In this document: one piece after another, positions 53,702 through 64,000 of the stretch
Layout: each line of letters begins with the position of its first letter
Numbering within the stretch: the first letter of the stretch is position 1
Translations under genes and position numbers: made by a program
Notes under the pieces: model-generated
Databases searched by the model: none
What the model saw: the letters and a program-made list of their open reading frames with translations, nothing else
Told to the model about the DNA's origin: nothing
NCBI GenBank assembly: GCA_964409285.1
Contig: CAYPCR010000002.1
Span: 32,149-96,148 of the forward strand
Direction: 5' to 3'
Source: an uncultured Methanobrevibacter sp.
Lineage (GTDB): Archaea > Methanobacteriota > Methanobacteria > Methanobacteriales > Methanobacteriaceae
Length of the DNA stretch: 64,000 nucleotides

Positions 53702-55312
53702 TTAATGAGTATATCTTCCTCTTGATTCAATTTCATCTATCTTTTTAATAATTTTAGGATTATTATAACCTTTTAAAACTTCATCAAATAATTCAATAGC
53801 TAAATTATAATCAATACTTTGAAGGGATTTCTTTAAAACCAATAAATCAACGGCCTTATCCTCTAATAAATCAGAATATCTTCCAAGACCAAAATCAATG
53901 AAGACAATATCATTATTTTCATTTAACATGATATTAGAAGTTGTAATATCTCCATGAATTATATCTTGATTATGGAATTTAGCAATTTGACAGCCGATTT
54001 TAAAAGCAATATCCTTGTCAATAATATCTTTAACAATTACACCTTCAATTTTTTCCATAGCTATTTGCTTATCTTTTAAATTAATATCATATAAAACAGG
54101 AGTAATCACTCCAGATTTTTTAACATCTGATAAAATTTTAGATTCTAATTTTGTTCTTGATTTTCTAATTTGCTTATCAATTTCAGGAATTCTATAGTTT
54201 TTAGATATTCTATCTTTTATTATACAGTCAAAATCTAAGTATTTACCTTTGATAATATTGGATTCTGCTCCTTTAGCTATTAAACCTTCATTTAATTTTA
54301 AATAATGTTTTTCATTATTAATCCATGGAATATCAACTTCATCTGTTCTAAACTTCTGTATTATGCCTGTATCTTTTAAATCATCAGGACCATAGTATTT
54401 ATTCATTAATAAACCTAACCAAGCAATCATGACACCATTATCACCGCATAATTTCATTTCAGGCAGGTAAAATTCAGCTCCATGTTCCTCAGCCATTATA
54501 TTTAACATTTCACGAAGTCTACTGTTTGCAGAAACCCCTCCGCATAACATAACTTCTTCTTTTTGAGTGTGGGAGAGTGCACGTTCTGTAACCTCCACTA
54601 ACATTGCAAATGCAGTTTCTTGTAATGAATAACAAATATCTTCAATAGAGCTTCCCTTTTTAAATTCTCTTAAAGCAGCTGAAAGTAATCCTGAAAATGA
54701 GAAATCCATTCCTTTTACACTGTATGGTAAATCTATATAGCTTCCTTTTTTAGCTAATTTTTCAATAACTGGACCTCCAGGATGGCCTAAACCTGTATCT
54801 CGGCCAAACTGATCAAGACAATTTCCAATAGCTATATCTAATGTTTCGCCAAATATTCTATACCTTCCACTTTCAAAAGCTATTACCTGACTGTTTCCAC
54901 CACTAACATATAATGAAACAGGATTAACTGCTCCAGTATCAAGTTTTCCTATTTCAACATGACCAATACAATGGTTAACTCCGATTATAGGCTTATTTAA
55001 AGATAATGCTAAACTTCTTGCTGAGGTTGCAACAATTCTTAAAGCTGGACCTAATCCTGGCCCTTGAGAAAATGAAATTAAATCTATATCCTTATAATTT
55101 AATCCAGCTTCATCAATAGCTTGAGGAATTAATTTAGGAATCCACTGAGCATGGTGTTCTGCAGCTATTCTTGGATGAATTCCTCCTTCCTCTGGGAACA
55201 ACTGTTTTCCAGCCATTGAAAGAATAGTACCTTCATCATCAACAATTCCAACACCTGTTTTTTCTGCAGTTCCTTCAATTCCTAAACAAATCAAATAAAT
55301 CACTAAAATCAA
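53702..55312 (-). CDS. Bifunctional t6A protein Kae1 fused to Bud32 kinase
   Basis: LGIEGTAEKTG, GPGLGPAL, NHCIGH, GGNSQ, DNGVMIA; kinase HGDITTSN, IDFGL. Confidence 0.96.
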   Translation of the reverse strand: MILVIYLICLGIEGTAEKTGVGIVDDEGTILSMAGKQLFPEEGGIHPRIAAEHHAQWIPKLIPQAIDEAGLNYKDIDLISFSQGPGLGPALRIVATSARSLALSLNKPIIGVNHCIGHVEIGKLDTGAVNPVSLYVSGGNSQVIAFESGRYRIFGETLDIAIGNCLDQFGRDTGLGHPGGPVIEKLAKKGSYIDLPYSVKGMDFSFSGLLSAALREFKKGSSIEDICYSLQETAFAMLVEVTERALSHTQKEEVMLCGGVSANSRLREMLNIMAEEHGAEFYLPEMKLCGDNGVMIAWLGLLMNKYYGPDDLKDTGIIQKFRTDEVDIPWINNEKHYLKLNEGLIAKGAESNIIKGKYLDFDCIIKDRISKNYRIPEIDKQIRKSRTKLESKILSDVKKSGVITPVLYDINLKDKQIAMEKIEGVIVKDIIDKDIAFKIGCQIAKFHNQDIIHGDITTSNIMLNENNDIVFIDFGLGRYSDLLEDKAVDLLVLKKSLQSIDYNLAIELFDEVLKGYNNPKIIKKIDEIESRGRYTH

Positions 55313-55367
55313 TTATATAATACTAATATTAAATTCATAATCTTAAAAATATAACTATCAAATTGAC

Positions 55368-56930
55368 ATGAATTTTTTTATATTAAAAAATTTAATATTA
55401 TATGTAATGATGAATTTAAAAAAAATTAGTGAAAATAATGTAGGAAAAATATTATTTTCTTTAAGTATCATTGGTATTTTAATCTGTCTATGGATTGCTT
55501 TAACTAAACCAAGCTTATGGGAAGCTGAATTTTTTACCTTAAATGTAATACAATTTCCATTTGATGATTTTATTTATAAAATATGCAATGATGTTCATCC
55601 TATTTTATATTATTTAATTGTTAGGTTCTTTGTGGATATTTTTTCATTTGTAGGAGTAGACATTGTTTCTACAGTTCAGATAGTTTCTTTAATCCCAATA
55701 GTTTTATTGCTTATAGTAAATTATTATAAAGTTAGAGAAAACTTTGGATGGTTTGTTTGTGGATTATTCTCATTCTGTATTGTATTTATGCCTAAATTCA
55801 TGTTTAACAGTATTGAGTGTAGGATGTACAGTTGGGCAATGTTTTTCTTAACTGTTAGTTTCATTTATCTTTATAATCTTATTAAAAAACCTAACTTTAA
55901 AAATTGGGCGATTTTCACAATTTTAACAATCTGTTCTGCATATACACATTATTTTGCAGCTATTGGTTCAATAATTTTATATGTTTTATTTTTAGCTTAT
56001 ATCATTTTTAAAAATAGAAGTTTACTTAAAAACTATATTTTATCTGTAATCTGTTGTATTGTGGCATATTTACCTTGGGTTAATGTGGTTTTATCTCAAA
56101 TTAACAATACCCAAGATTATTGGATTCTACCGATTGAATTTAAAACCGTTGTTGGTTATCTATATTATGTATTTTCCCCAACTGACGTTTATATAATCGG
56201 TAATCAGTTTATTAGTCCTACAGTATTAGGAACCATTTTTATTCTTGTTTTATTATTTGTTTTAATATTCTCATTTAAAGGTAAAACAAATTTTAATGAA
56301 AAATATGCATATCTAGGAATATCCATTGTCATTCTAACATGTGCTGTTGGAATAATAATTTCATTCCTCACCCACCCTATTTTACATTATAGATATATCT
56401 ATCCTGCAATGGGATGTTTCTGGTTAGGAATTTGTATATTAATAAATAAAATTAAAAAAGATTATAAATTAATTGCCACTGTTGTAGTAGCTATAATATT
56501 ATTAATAGGTTGTGTAGCTACATTAGATTTTGTACACATGAAAAATAACGCTTTTGACAGCAGCACTGCATTGAATGAAAGTGTTAATAGTTATTATCAA
56601 GATAATTCAATAATAATTTATAAACCAGGTTATTATTCTTATGCTGAAAATATGTTTTTAGACAATAGTACCTGTATTTTCATTGAAGAGACAAATACAA
56701 CGACGATTGAAGACCATGATATGAATACTATTCATAGAATTAAAATGAATGTAACTTCTAATTTAACAAAAGAATTAAAAGAAAAATTTAAGGTGGATCA
56801 TGTCTACTTAGCTGGAGATAATGATGATTGGCTAAAAAGCCATGAAATAGTTTATCAAAAAATAGTTGATAGTAATTATGATCCTTTTGGATTAATGATT
56901 GATGTTCACAATGTTTATGAATTAAAATAA
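55368..56930 (+). CDS. GT39/ArnT-like GT-C membrane glycosyltransferase
   Basis: LWEAEFFT, DVHPILYY, ECRMYSW, YTHYFA, YRYIYP; ~11 TMs plus C-terminal soluble domain. Confidence 0.82.
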   Translation: MNFFILKNLILYVMMNLKKISENNVGKILFSLSIIGILICLWIALTKPSLWEAEFFTLNVIQFPFDDFIYKICNDVHPILYYLIVRFFVDIFSFVGVDIVSTVQIVSLIPIVLLLIVNYYKVRENFGWFVCGLFSFCIVFMPKFMFNSIECRMYSWAMFFLTVSFIYLYNLIKKPNFKNWAIFTILTICSAYTHYFAAIGSIILYVLFLAYIIFKNRSLLKNYILSVICCIVAYLPWVNVVLSQINNTQDYWILPIEFKTVVGYLYYVFSPTDVYIIGNQFISPTVLGTIFILVLLFVLIFSFKGKTNFNEKYAYLGISIVILTCAVGIIISFLTHPILHYRYIYPAMGCFWLGICILINKIKKDYKLIATVVVAIILLIGCVATLDFVHMKNNAFDSSTALNESVNSYYQDNSIIIYKPGYYSYAENMFLDNSTCIFIEETNTTTIEDHDMNTIHRIKMNVTSNLTKELKEKFKVDHVYLAGDNDDWLKSHEIVYQKIVDSNYDPFGLMIDVHNVYELK

Positions 56931-57033
56931 AATGGGAAATTAATATTCCCTATCATTTTTTTGAATATAAATAGTAATTGTATTATAATCTTTAATACAT
57001 AAATAATATTAACAATTTTTTCAGGTTTTAATT

Positions 57034-57729
57034 ATGTTAAGTATTAATCAATGTTACATTGATTTTGTAAAAGATATCGTAAATAATGGTAAGGAGACAT
57101 ATAAAGATAGTAATCATCATTTAATTGAAAGTCTTGGTAATTATTATTATATCGATGACCCTTTAGATTTGAAATATAAAGCCAAGTATCAAAATATGAC
57201 ACCAGAAATAATGTTAAATGAAATTCAATCTGGAAAGTATGATATAGATGGATGCCCTATTAAAAGTGATGCTCTATATGAATATGTAAAATCATTTGAA
57301 GATGGTTCCGATAAAGGATTTGTATATGATTATCCTAACCGTATTTTACAACATTTTAATGTAAATCAATTTGATGTGATGAAAAAAAGAATATTAAACT
57401 CAATGGGAAGTAACAGGGCCGTAGCAATTACATATGATCCTGAATTAGATCAAGATAGAGAAGATATCCCTTGTTTGCAATTTCTTCAAGGCATTGTAAG
57501 AAATGGAGAACTTACCATCCACTGTTTATTCCGTTCTAATGATATTTATGGTGCTTTCTATTCCAATATGTTTTTCATCGCTTATATTGGAATTAAATTA
57601 ATGAATGAGATAAATAAAGAATTAGTAGGGGAAAAAATAAACTTTGGAGGAATTCATTATCATTCTACCTCAGGACATATTTACAATAATGATTTGAAAT
57701 CTGCCAAAAAATTAGCAAAAAAACATTGA
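57034..57729 (+). CDS. Thymidylate-synthase-family protein (divergent archaeal/phage-type ThyA)
   Basis: YDYPNR, SNRAVA, DIPCLQ (catalytic Cys), FRSND, SNM (Asn at the dUMP-specificity position), SGHIY. Confidence 0.85.
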   Translation: MLSINQCYIDFVKDIVNNGKETYKDSNHHLIESLGNYYYIDDPLDLKYKAKYQNMTPEIMLNEIQSGKYDIDGCPIKSDALYEYVKSFEDGSDKGFVYDYPNRILQHFNVNQFDVMKKRILNSMGSNRAVAITYDPELDQDREDIPCLQFLQGIVRNGELTIHCLFRSNDIYGAFYSNMFFIAYIGIKLMNEINKELVGEKINFGGIHYHSTSGHIYNNDLKSAKKLAKKH

Positions 57730-57736
57730 TGATATT

Positions 57737-58237
57737 ATGGGATTTTATAGTACTAAATCTCCTGCAATGCGGAGAATAACAGAATTAACTGGAGACGTTC
57801 AGCTCTCTGATGAATTTAAAACTGAAACTGAAGCAAGAGGAATACCTTTATATAAAGCATATAACATTCAAAAAAGATTAATTTTTGAAGCTGAAGAAGA
57901 AAAGTTAAACAATCAAAAAGAAGTGGATGAACGTTTAATGGAATTATTAAATGAAAATACCAAAAATGATGTAACTTCCAACTATACTGATAAATGTAGT
58001 AATTGTGAAGGTGCAACTAGAGTACCTCCAAAACCTAAGGAAATTAAACCTCCAGAAGGATATGTTTCACAGCTACCTCCAAAAGAAGAAATATTTATTC
58101 CGCCAAAAGGCAGAGATTTAGCTAAACAAAAAGAAATGACAGACAGAGAACTTTTAGAAAAAATGGTTTTACAAAATGAAAAAATCATAAATCAAAATAA
58201 AATTATAATACAACAATTGAAAAAATTAGGTGATTAA
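57737..58237 (+). CDS. Hypothetical protein with CxxC, Pro-rich linker and C-terminal coiled coil
   Basis: ORF between thyA-like gene and cobT with 7 and 0 nt gaps. Confidence 0.75.
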   Translation: MGFYSTKSPAMRRITELTGDVQLSDEFKTETEARGIPLYKAYNIQKRLIFEAEEEKLNNQKEVDERLMELLNENTKNDVTSNYTDKCSNCEGATRVPPKPKEIKPPEGYVSQLPPKEEIFIPPKGRDLAKQKEMTDRELLEKMVLQNEKIINQNKIIIQQLKKLGD

Positions 58238-59311
58238 GTGATAGACGGAATAACAACACATGGCTCTGAAGAATTACTAAATACAATTCGTTATATGGAA
58301 CCTGTATTTATGTGTGTTATTGGAACTACAGAAACTTCTAGAATTCCTGGAATTTCAGGAGCAGGAGCTACTCCCGAAATGACAGAATACACTCCTGCAG
58401 CAGATGTGGAATTAATGGTGCATGGAGAGGTTAGATGCATGGATGGAATAGCTCAAACTGTTGTTAATGGAGCTGCTGCACATACTCCAGCTACAATTAC
58501 TAAAGCATGTATTGAATTAGCAGATGTGCCTTTTGTAATTGTAAATGCTGGAAGTAAAATAACACCTGATTTAGAATGTAATGTATTAGGTCATGAATAC
58601 GGAAGAGACATTAGAACCGGTAAAGGTGTTGTTAATCCACTTGAAATCTATGAAAATGGAAAAGAATTAGGATTAAGATTAAATGGACTCCATGATTATC
58701 TAGTCATAGGAGAAAGTATAGCTGCAGGAACCACTACTGCATTAGGAGTTTTAAAAGCTTTAGGATATGATGCTAATGAAAAGGTAAGTGGAAGTATGCC
58801 AACTAATCCTCATGATTTAAAAATTAAAACCGTTGAAGAGGGACTTAAAAATTCAGGATTAGAAGGAAAAAAAGATATTGATGCATTTCAAGCTATTGGA
58901 GCTGTAGGGGATCCTATTCTTCCAGCTATTGCAGGACTTGTTCTTGGAGCATCTGATACACCAATTATTTTAGCAGGTGGAACCCAAATGGCTGCAGTTT
59001 GTGCTATTATAAAAAACATTAATCCAAATTTTGATTTTTCAAAAATAAATCTAGCTACAACAGTATATGTTGCAGAAGATGAAACAGCAGATTTATTAAA
59101 TCTACTTAAACAAATTGATCCTGAAATAGTTCTTCATGTAGTTGATCCTGAATTTGAAAAATCTGAAGATGAAGGACTTAGATTATATATTGATGGATAT
59201 GTTAAAGAAGGAGCTGGAGCTGGTGGAGCTATGTTAACTGCACTGGTTCGAGGAGCCTCTAAAGAAACACTTAGAAAAAAAATAGAAAAAGTTTGTAATA
59301 GTACAAATTAA
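58238..59311 (+). CDS. cobT: Archaeal nicotinate-nucleotide:lower-ligand phosphoribosyltransferase (CobT, MJ1598-like)
   Basis: TTETSRIPGISGAG, GESIAAGTTTALGVL, GDP, LAGGTQM, VKEGAGAGG. Confidence 0.88.
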   Translation: MIDGITTHGSEELLNTIRYMEPVFMCVIGTTETSRIPGISGAGATPEMTEYTPAADVELMVHGEVRCMDGIAQTVVNGAAAHTPATITKACIELADVPFVIVNAGSKITPDLECNVLGHEYGRDIRTGKGVVNPLEIYENGKELGLRLNGLHDYLVIGESIAAGTTTALGVLKALGYDANEKVSGSMPTNPHDLKIKTVEEGLKNSGLEGKKDIDAFQAIGAVGDPILPAIAGLVLGASDTPIILAGGTQMAAVCAIIKNINPNFDFSKINLATTVYVAEDETADLLNLLKQIDPEIVLHVVDPEFEKSEDEGLRLYIDGYVKEGAGAGGAMLTALVRGASKETLRKKIEKVCNSTN

Positions 59312-59325
59312 ATAAAAAAAAGTTT

Positions 59326-59346
59326 TGTAAAGTTTAAAACTTTACA
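59326..59346. terminator. 21-bp palindrome at convergent cobT/uppP junction
   Basis: TGTAAAGTTT-A-AAACTTTACA preceded by an A run. Confidence 0.45.
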
Positions 59347-59357
59347 TATTTCTTATT

Positions 59358-60191
59358 TTAAAATATTTGAGCTACTGAACCTAAAAAGATTACAATACCC
59401 ATTATCCAACAGTAAAATGCAAATATATCCAAACTTCTTTTTTGAATTAAATCTAAAACCCATTTAATAGCTATATATCCTGCTACAAATGCTGCTAAGA
59501 AACCTAATATAATAGCTGCAAAGTTTACATCCATTGCAGCACCAATATCACCAACTTGAACCAAAAATGCTCCTAAAATAGCAGGAATAGACAATATAAA
59601 ACTGAATTTAGCTGCAAATTCTTTATCTAAATTTATCACAAGACCAGCTGCAATTGTAGTACCTGAACGAGAAAGACCAGGTAAAATTGCACATGCTTGA
59701 GCTAAACCCATAAATAATGATTCTTTAGCTGAAATATTTGCAAAATCAACTCTTCCACTATTCATTCTTTGTGATATATAAAGAATAGTACCAGTTACAA
59801 ATAAGAAGAATGCAGGAACATATAATGCACCTCCAAATAATGCATCAATTTGACTTTCAAAGCAAATTCCAACAATTCCTACAGGAACAGATGCTAAAAT
59901 TACATACCAAGCTAATCTTTTATAGGGATCTGCATAAAATCCTTCTTTAAAACGATGTTGCAAGATATCTCCTATACTTAACCACCAAGCCCTAAGCATT
60001 TTATAAATATCTGTTTTAAAGAACCATAAAACAGCTAACAAAGAACCTAAATGAAGAAAAGTATCAAAAGCAAGTGAACTTTCAACACCTAAAAGTCTTT
60101 GTACAAAAATTAAATGTGCAGAACTACTAATCGGTAAAAATTCAGTCAAACCCTGAACAATACCAATAATAATTCCTTGTATTATATCCAT
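59358..60191 (-). CDS. uppP: Undecaprenyl-diphosphate phosphatase
   Basis: QGLTEFLPISSSAHL, LHLGSL, PGLSRSG, AKFSFILSIPAILGA. Confidence 0.96.
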   Translation of the reverse strand: MDIIQGIIIGIVQGLTEFLPISSSAHLIFVQRLLGVESSLAFDTFLHLGSLLAVLWFFKTDIYKMLRAWWLSIGDILQHRFKEGFYADPYKRLAWYVILASVPVGIVGICFESQIDALFGGALYVPAFFLFVTGTILYISQRMNSGRVDFANISAKESLFMGLAQACAILPGLSRSGTTIAAGLVINLDKEFAAKFSFILSIPAILGAFLVQVGDIGAAMDVNFAAIILGFLAAFVAGYIAIKWVLDLIQKRSLDIFAFYCWIMGIVIFLGSVAQIF

Positions 60192-60209
60192 AGATTACAC
60201 CAATAGTTA

Positions 60210-61142
60210 TTAAATATAAGTTAACCAATCAAATTCATCTTCTTTTTTATTTTCAACAATATCAAAGAATGTTTTTTGTAACTCTTCTGTAATAGGGCCT
60301 CTTTTTCCAGAACCTATAACTCTATGGTCAACAGATCTTATAGGAGTTACTTCAGCTGCAGTTCCAGTGAAGAAAATTTCATCAGCTATATATAACCTTT
60401 CCCTACTAATTGTTTCTTCAACTATTTCATATCCAAGTGAAGTAGCTAGTTGAATAACTGATTGTCTTGTAATTCCTTTTAAAATTGAAGATCCTAAAGG
60501 GGAAGTATGTAATGTATCTCCTTCAACAATGAAAATATTTTCTCCACTTCCTTCTGCAACAAGTCCTTGATAATCAAGCATTATAGCTTCATCATATCCA
60601 TGATCTATAGCTTCCATTTTAGCTAATTGAGAATTCATATAATTAGCACCTGTTTTAGCTAAAGTTGGAAATGTATCAGGAGCTGGTTTTCTCCAGGAGG
60701 AAACACCAACATTTACACCATTAGCCATACCTTCCTCTCCTAAATATGATCCCCATTCCCATGCAGCTATTACAACATTAACTGGGCAATTCAATGGATT
60801 AACTCCCAATTCACCATATCCTCTAAATACAACTGGGCGAATATAACAAGATTTTAAATCATTTTCTTTAATAACATCTATTATTGCATCTGCAATTTCC
60901 TCTTCAGAAAATGGAATATCCATCTTATAGATTTTTGCAGAATCAAAAAGACGTTTTACATGTTCTTTAAGACGGAAAATAGCAGTTCCTTTATCATTAT
61001 TATAAGCTCTAATTCCTTCAAAAACACTAGTACCATAATGAACTACATGAGAAAGTGCATGAATTTTTGCATCTTCCCAGTTTATCATTTCTCCATCCAT
61101 CCATACTTTACTTGCAGTATCATCCCAAGCCATATTTTTCAC
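60210..61142 (-). CDS. ilvE: Branched-chain amino acid aminotransferase
   Basis: [38 protein letters not shown]. Confidence 0.96.
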   Translation of the reverse strand: MKNMAWDDTASKVWMDGEMINWEDAKIHALSHVVHYGTSVFEGIRAYNNDKGTAIFRLKEHVKRLFDSAKIYKMDIPFSEEEIADAIIDVIKENDLKSCYIRPVVFRGYGELGVNPLNCPVNVVIAAWEWGSYLGEEGMANGVNVGVSSWRKPAPDTFPTLAKTGANYMNSQLAKMEAIDHGYDEAIMLDYQGLVAEGSGENIFIVEGDTLHTSPLGSSILKGITRQSVIQLATSLGYEIVEETISRERLYIADEIFFTGTAAEVTPIRSVDHRVIGSGKRGPITEELQKTFFDIVENKKEDEFDWLTYI

Positions 61143-61297
61143 TTCTCAAATTTAATATATAAATAATATTTGTTTCAATTGTTTATTATGTATATGTATA
61201 AAATATGTTACATATAAATATTATAGTCAATACAAAATATTTAAATGAAAACATATAAAAGAATTATTGTTAATATAAAAATAAAAAGGCTGAAAGA

Positions 61298-61498
61298 ATG
61301 GAAGAAGAAGATTTTAAAGTAAATGAACAATTTTTACAATTCAAAGGAAAAAATGTTATTGTAGGACTTAGAGATGGAAGTGAATATGAAGGAAAATTAA
61401 TTTCTATTGACAACTACCTTAATATAGTCCTAGAACAAGATGGAGGATTACTAACCTTAAAAGGTGGTAAAGTAATTGAAATTATTTTAAATGAATAA
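61298..61498 (+). CDS. Sm/Lsm-like RNA-binding protein (SmAP)
   Basis: Sm1 motif V.L.DGSEYEGKLISIDNYLNIVL; Sm2-like LKGGKV. Confidence 0.88.
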   Translation: MEEEDFKVNEQFLQFKGKNVIVGLRDGSEYEGKLISIDNYLNIVLEQDGGLLTLKGGKVIEIILNE

Positions 61499-61500
61499 AT

Positions 61501-62505
61501 TTAATCAACTACTTCAATTCCTAAAATATTTTTTTTACCATTATAAACATCATAAGCTATTTGAGCTGCACCAATTGCACCAGATTCAGAAGAAATAACT
61601 TTGATAGGATATCTATTTTTTAAATATTTATTTAACTTATTTTGAAAATTAAATGGCTCGGTTGTAGATCCTAAAGAACCAGTTAAAACAATACCCTCAA
61701 TTTCATTTTCTGAAATAGCTATTAATCCTGCAATCTCCATAGCAACCGTCATGATTAAAGCATCAATAGCTAAAATTGCTTTTTCATCCTCGTTTCTATA
61801 ATTTTCATATAAAATATCTTTTACATTAGCTACTTTATCATTAATACCAGCTATTTTAACAGCTCCTGCATGTGAAAAAGCTTCATTTGCAGTAATTTTA
61901 CCATCATCAATATCTCTAATCATCTGTAAATCAATTGGACCGTGCACAATACCCATTGCACCAACACAAGCATCCATAGCTCCTTTAATTTTAGAATTTT
62001 CAATTAAAATATCTACACTGTTAGAACTTAAATCAGCTACAATTAAATTTTTCCAACCAGTTTCCTTAACTGCATTATAACAAATACTTACCTTTTCGGG
62101 ACTGGCCTGGTGAGAATAAGCTGCTTTAAACAATTCATCAAGAGAATCTGAATCTTTATGAAGTCCTGGAATCATAATGGTAGGCATATCCATATTTTCA
62201 ATTTCACTAAAAACTGAAGTTCCTCCTCCAGTTACTTTTCCTGCACCATTAATGGACAAAATTCCCCTATCCTTTACCTTTTCTATAGGTAAAATTTTAT
62301 TGATTCCATCACCCATCGCATAAGTAATAGCTATTAATTTAATTGAATTTAAATCTATTCTTTTAGCTAATTCTTCTACAGCAGAGACTTTTCCAGCTTT
62401 AGACTCTTCTCTACCAATCTTAAAAACATCAACTACTTCCCCATCATCAGACATAATACAAAAAGAAATTCCTGTTGTCCCATGATCCATTCCTATAAAT
62501 ACCAT
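61501..62505 (-). CDS. Methanogenesis marker protein 12 (UPF0285)
   Basis: FIGMDHGTTG, YAMGDG, GAGKVTGGG, SHQASPEK. Confidence 0.85.
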   Translation of the reverse strand: MVFIGMDHGTTGISFCIMSDDGEVVDVFKIGREESKAGKVSAVEELAKRIDLNSIKLIAITYAMGDGINKILPIEKVKDRGILSINGAGKVTGGGTSVFSEIENMDMPTIMIPGLHKDSDSLDELFKAAYSHQASPEKVSICYNAVKETGWKNLIVADLSSNSVDILIENSKIKGAMDACVGAMGIVHGPIDLQMIRDIDDGKITANEAFSHAGAVKIAGINDKVANVKDILYENYRNEDEKAILAIDALIMTVAMEIAGLIAISENEIEGIVLTGSLGSTTEPFNFQNKLNKYLKNRYPIKVISSESGAIGAAQIAYDVYNGKKNILGIEVVD

Positions 62506-62599
62506 GTAAGTATATTTAAAGGACCTTATTTTTATAGCTTCTCAAAAAATAGCTATTTAAAAATTTAAAATAAAAAAAGAGTAATGATTAAAATTAAAC

Positions 62600-63592
62600 T
62601 TAATCATCTTTTTGTAATCCACAAGCTTTTCTAAGTCTTTCTCCAACAATTTCAATGGTTTCTTGACTTTCAGCATCTCTCATTTCTTTTAAGTTAGCAC
62701 CATCAGTTGCGTTTTCATCAGCCCATTGTTTTTTGAAAGTTCCATCTTGGATTTCTTTTAAAACTTGTTTCATACCATCTTTAGCTTCTTGAGTGATAAC
62801 AGTTTCTCTTCTGGTTAAACCACCATATTCAGCTGTGTTACTTACATCTTCCCACATTCCACCGAATCCTTTTTCATAGATTAAATCTACAATAAGTTTT
62901 ACTTCGTGACAAGTTTCAAAGTAAGCAATTTCCGGTTGATAACCAGCTTCTACTAAAGTTTGGAATCCTGAATTAATTAATTCTGTGATTCCTCCACAAA
63001 GAACAGCTTGTTCACCGAATAAATCGGTTTCAGTTTCTTCTTGGAAAGTAGTTTCTAAAACACCAGCTTTAGTTAATCCAGTGTCTTTTGCCATACCTAA
63101 AGCTAATTGTAATGCATCACCAGTAGCATCTTGTTCTACTGCGACTAATCCAGGAATACCAAATCCTTCTTCGTAAGTTCTTCTTACCATTGAACCAGGA
63201 CCTTTTGGTGCGAACATTACAATATTAACATCTTCATCAGGTTCAATTAAACCAAAATGAATGTTGTAACCGTGGGAGAATGAAATAGTATTTCCACTTT
63301 CAACATAAGGTGCGATTTGTTCTCTGTAAACATCTTCTTGAATTTCATCAGGGAGTAAAATGTGAATAATATCAGCTGCTTTAGCTGCATCTTCAATGGA
63401 CATTACATTCATACCATCTTCTTTAGCTAAATCCCATGATTTACCATTTTCTCTTACACCTATAACTACATCTGCTCCACTATCTGCCATGTTTCTGGAT
63501 TGAGCTCTACCTTGACTTCCATATCCAATAACAGCTATAGTTTTACCGTCAAGAGCATCAGTTTCTACATCTGCATCATAATACATTTTCAT
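62600..63592 (-). CDS. ilvC: Ketol-acid reductoisomerase
   Basis: [44 protein letters not shown]. Confidence 0.97.
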   Translation of the reverse strand: MKMYYDADVETDALDGKTIAVIGYGSQGRAQSRNMADSGADVVIGVRENGKSWDLAKEDGMNVMSIEDAAKAADIIHILLPDEIQEDVYREQIAPYVESGNTISFSHGYNIHFGLIEPDEDVNIVMFAPKGPGSMVRRTYEEGFGIPGLVAVEQDATGDALQLALGMAKDTGLTKAGVLETTFQEETETDLFGEQAVLCGGITELINSGFQTLVEAGYQPEIAYFETCHEVKLIVDLIYEKGFGGMWEDVSNTAEYGGLTRRETVITQEAKDGMKQVLKEIQDGTFKKQWADENATDGANLKEMRDAESQETIEIVGERLRKACGLQKDD

Positions 63593-63717
63593 ATTAATAT
63601 TCTCCTTGTAAATTGGTTAAAATTAAAATTCGATAAATTAAATATCAAAAGATAAATATGTTTTTTGACATTTATAAAAGTAACTTTTTATATTAAAAAA
63701 ATAAAAAAGAATTGAAT

Positions 63718-63999
63718 TTAAGCATTAGAATAAATCAATCCAAGAGATCTTGCAGTGAAAAGTGCTAAATAAGCTTCAAAAATAAATCCATATATCAATG
63801 CCCCTACATAAGGAATTACAGCACTTATTAAACCAAATATAATAGCTAAAATAAACAAGATAATTAAATAAATTATACCCCATGCAATAAATTTACCCCA
63901 ACCTATATTTTTTAAATCATCTACGATTTCATGCATAGCAAAGGCTTCTTTAAAGCTTCCACTGTTAGCTAATCTACAAACCGCAATTGATTGGAAAAT
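63718..63999 (-). CDS. DUF4013-family membrane protein, C-terminal part (runs off window)
   Basis: Frame is open to the edge: IFQSIAVCRLANSGSFKEAFAMHEIV...IGWGKFIAW...FTARSLGLIY. Confidence 0.75.
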   Translation of the reverse strand: MFQSIAVCRLANSGSFKEAFAMHEIVDDLKNIGWGKFIAWGIIYLIILFILAIIFGLISAVIPYVGALIYGFIFEAYLALFTARSLGLIYSNA

Positions 64000-64000
64000 T

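Overview
AT-rich archaeal chromosome segment, Methanobrevibacter-like (pseudomurein Mur ligases, methanogenesis marker 12, fused Kae1-Bud32, archaeal ribosome-binding sites of the GGAGGTGA type). It is mostly core housekeeping: nrdD, cbiE/cbiC/cobT/hemL, nadE, leuS/hisS/aspS/argS, rfcS/rfcL, PINA, hef, ilvE/ilvC, rps15, rdgB, uppP. Single accessory genes are interspersed. No tRNA, rRNA, CRISPR array, integrase or IS was recognised. Main leads: (1) a Rpn/YhgA-like PD-(D/E)xK nuclease gene with a strong intragenic ribosome-binding site and in-frame ATG defining a 53-aa C-terminal product, resembling bacterial Rpn toxin/intragenic-antitoxin defence genes; (2) a 1537-aa repeat adhesin with a non-repeat C-terminal region bearing a hydrophobic/amphipathic segment, followed directly by a small multi-TM protein (polymorphic toxin/immunity-like layout); (3) two genes whose only well-placed start codon is ATA; (4) two genes broken by one extra base in a homopolymer run. 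All family assignments come from motif recognition by eye, without database searches.
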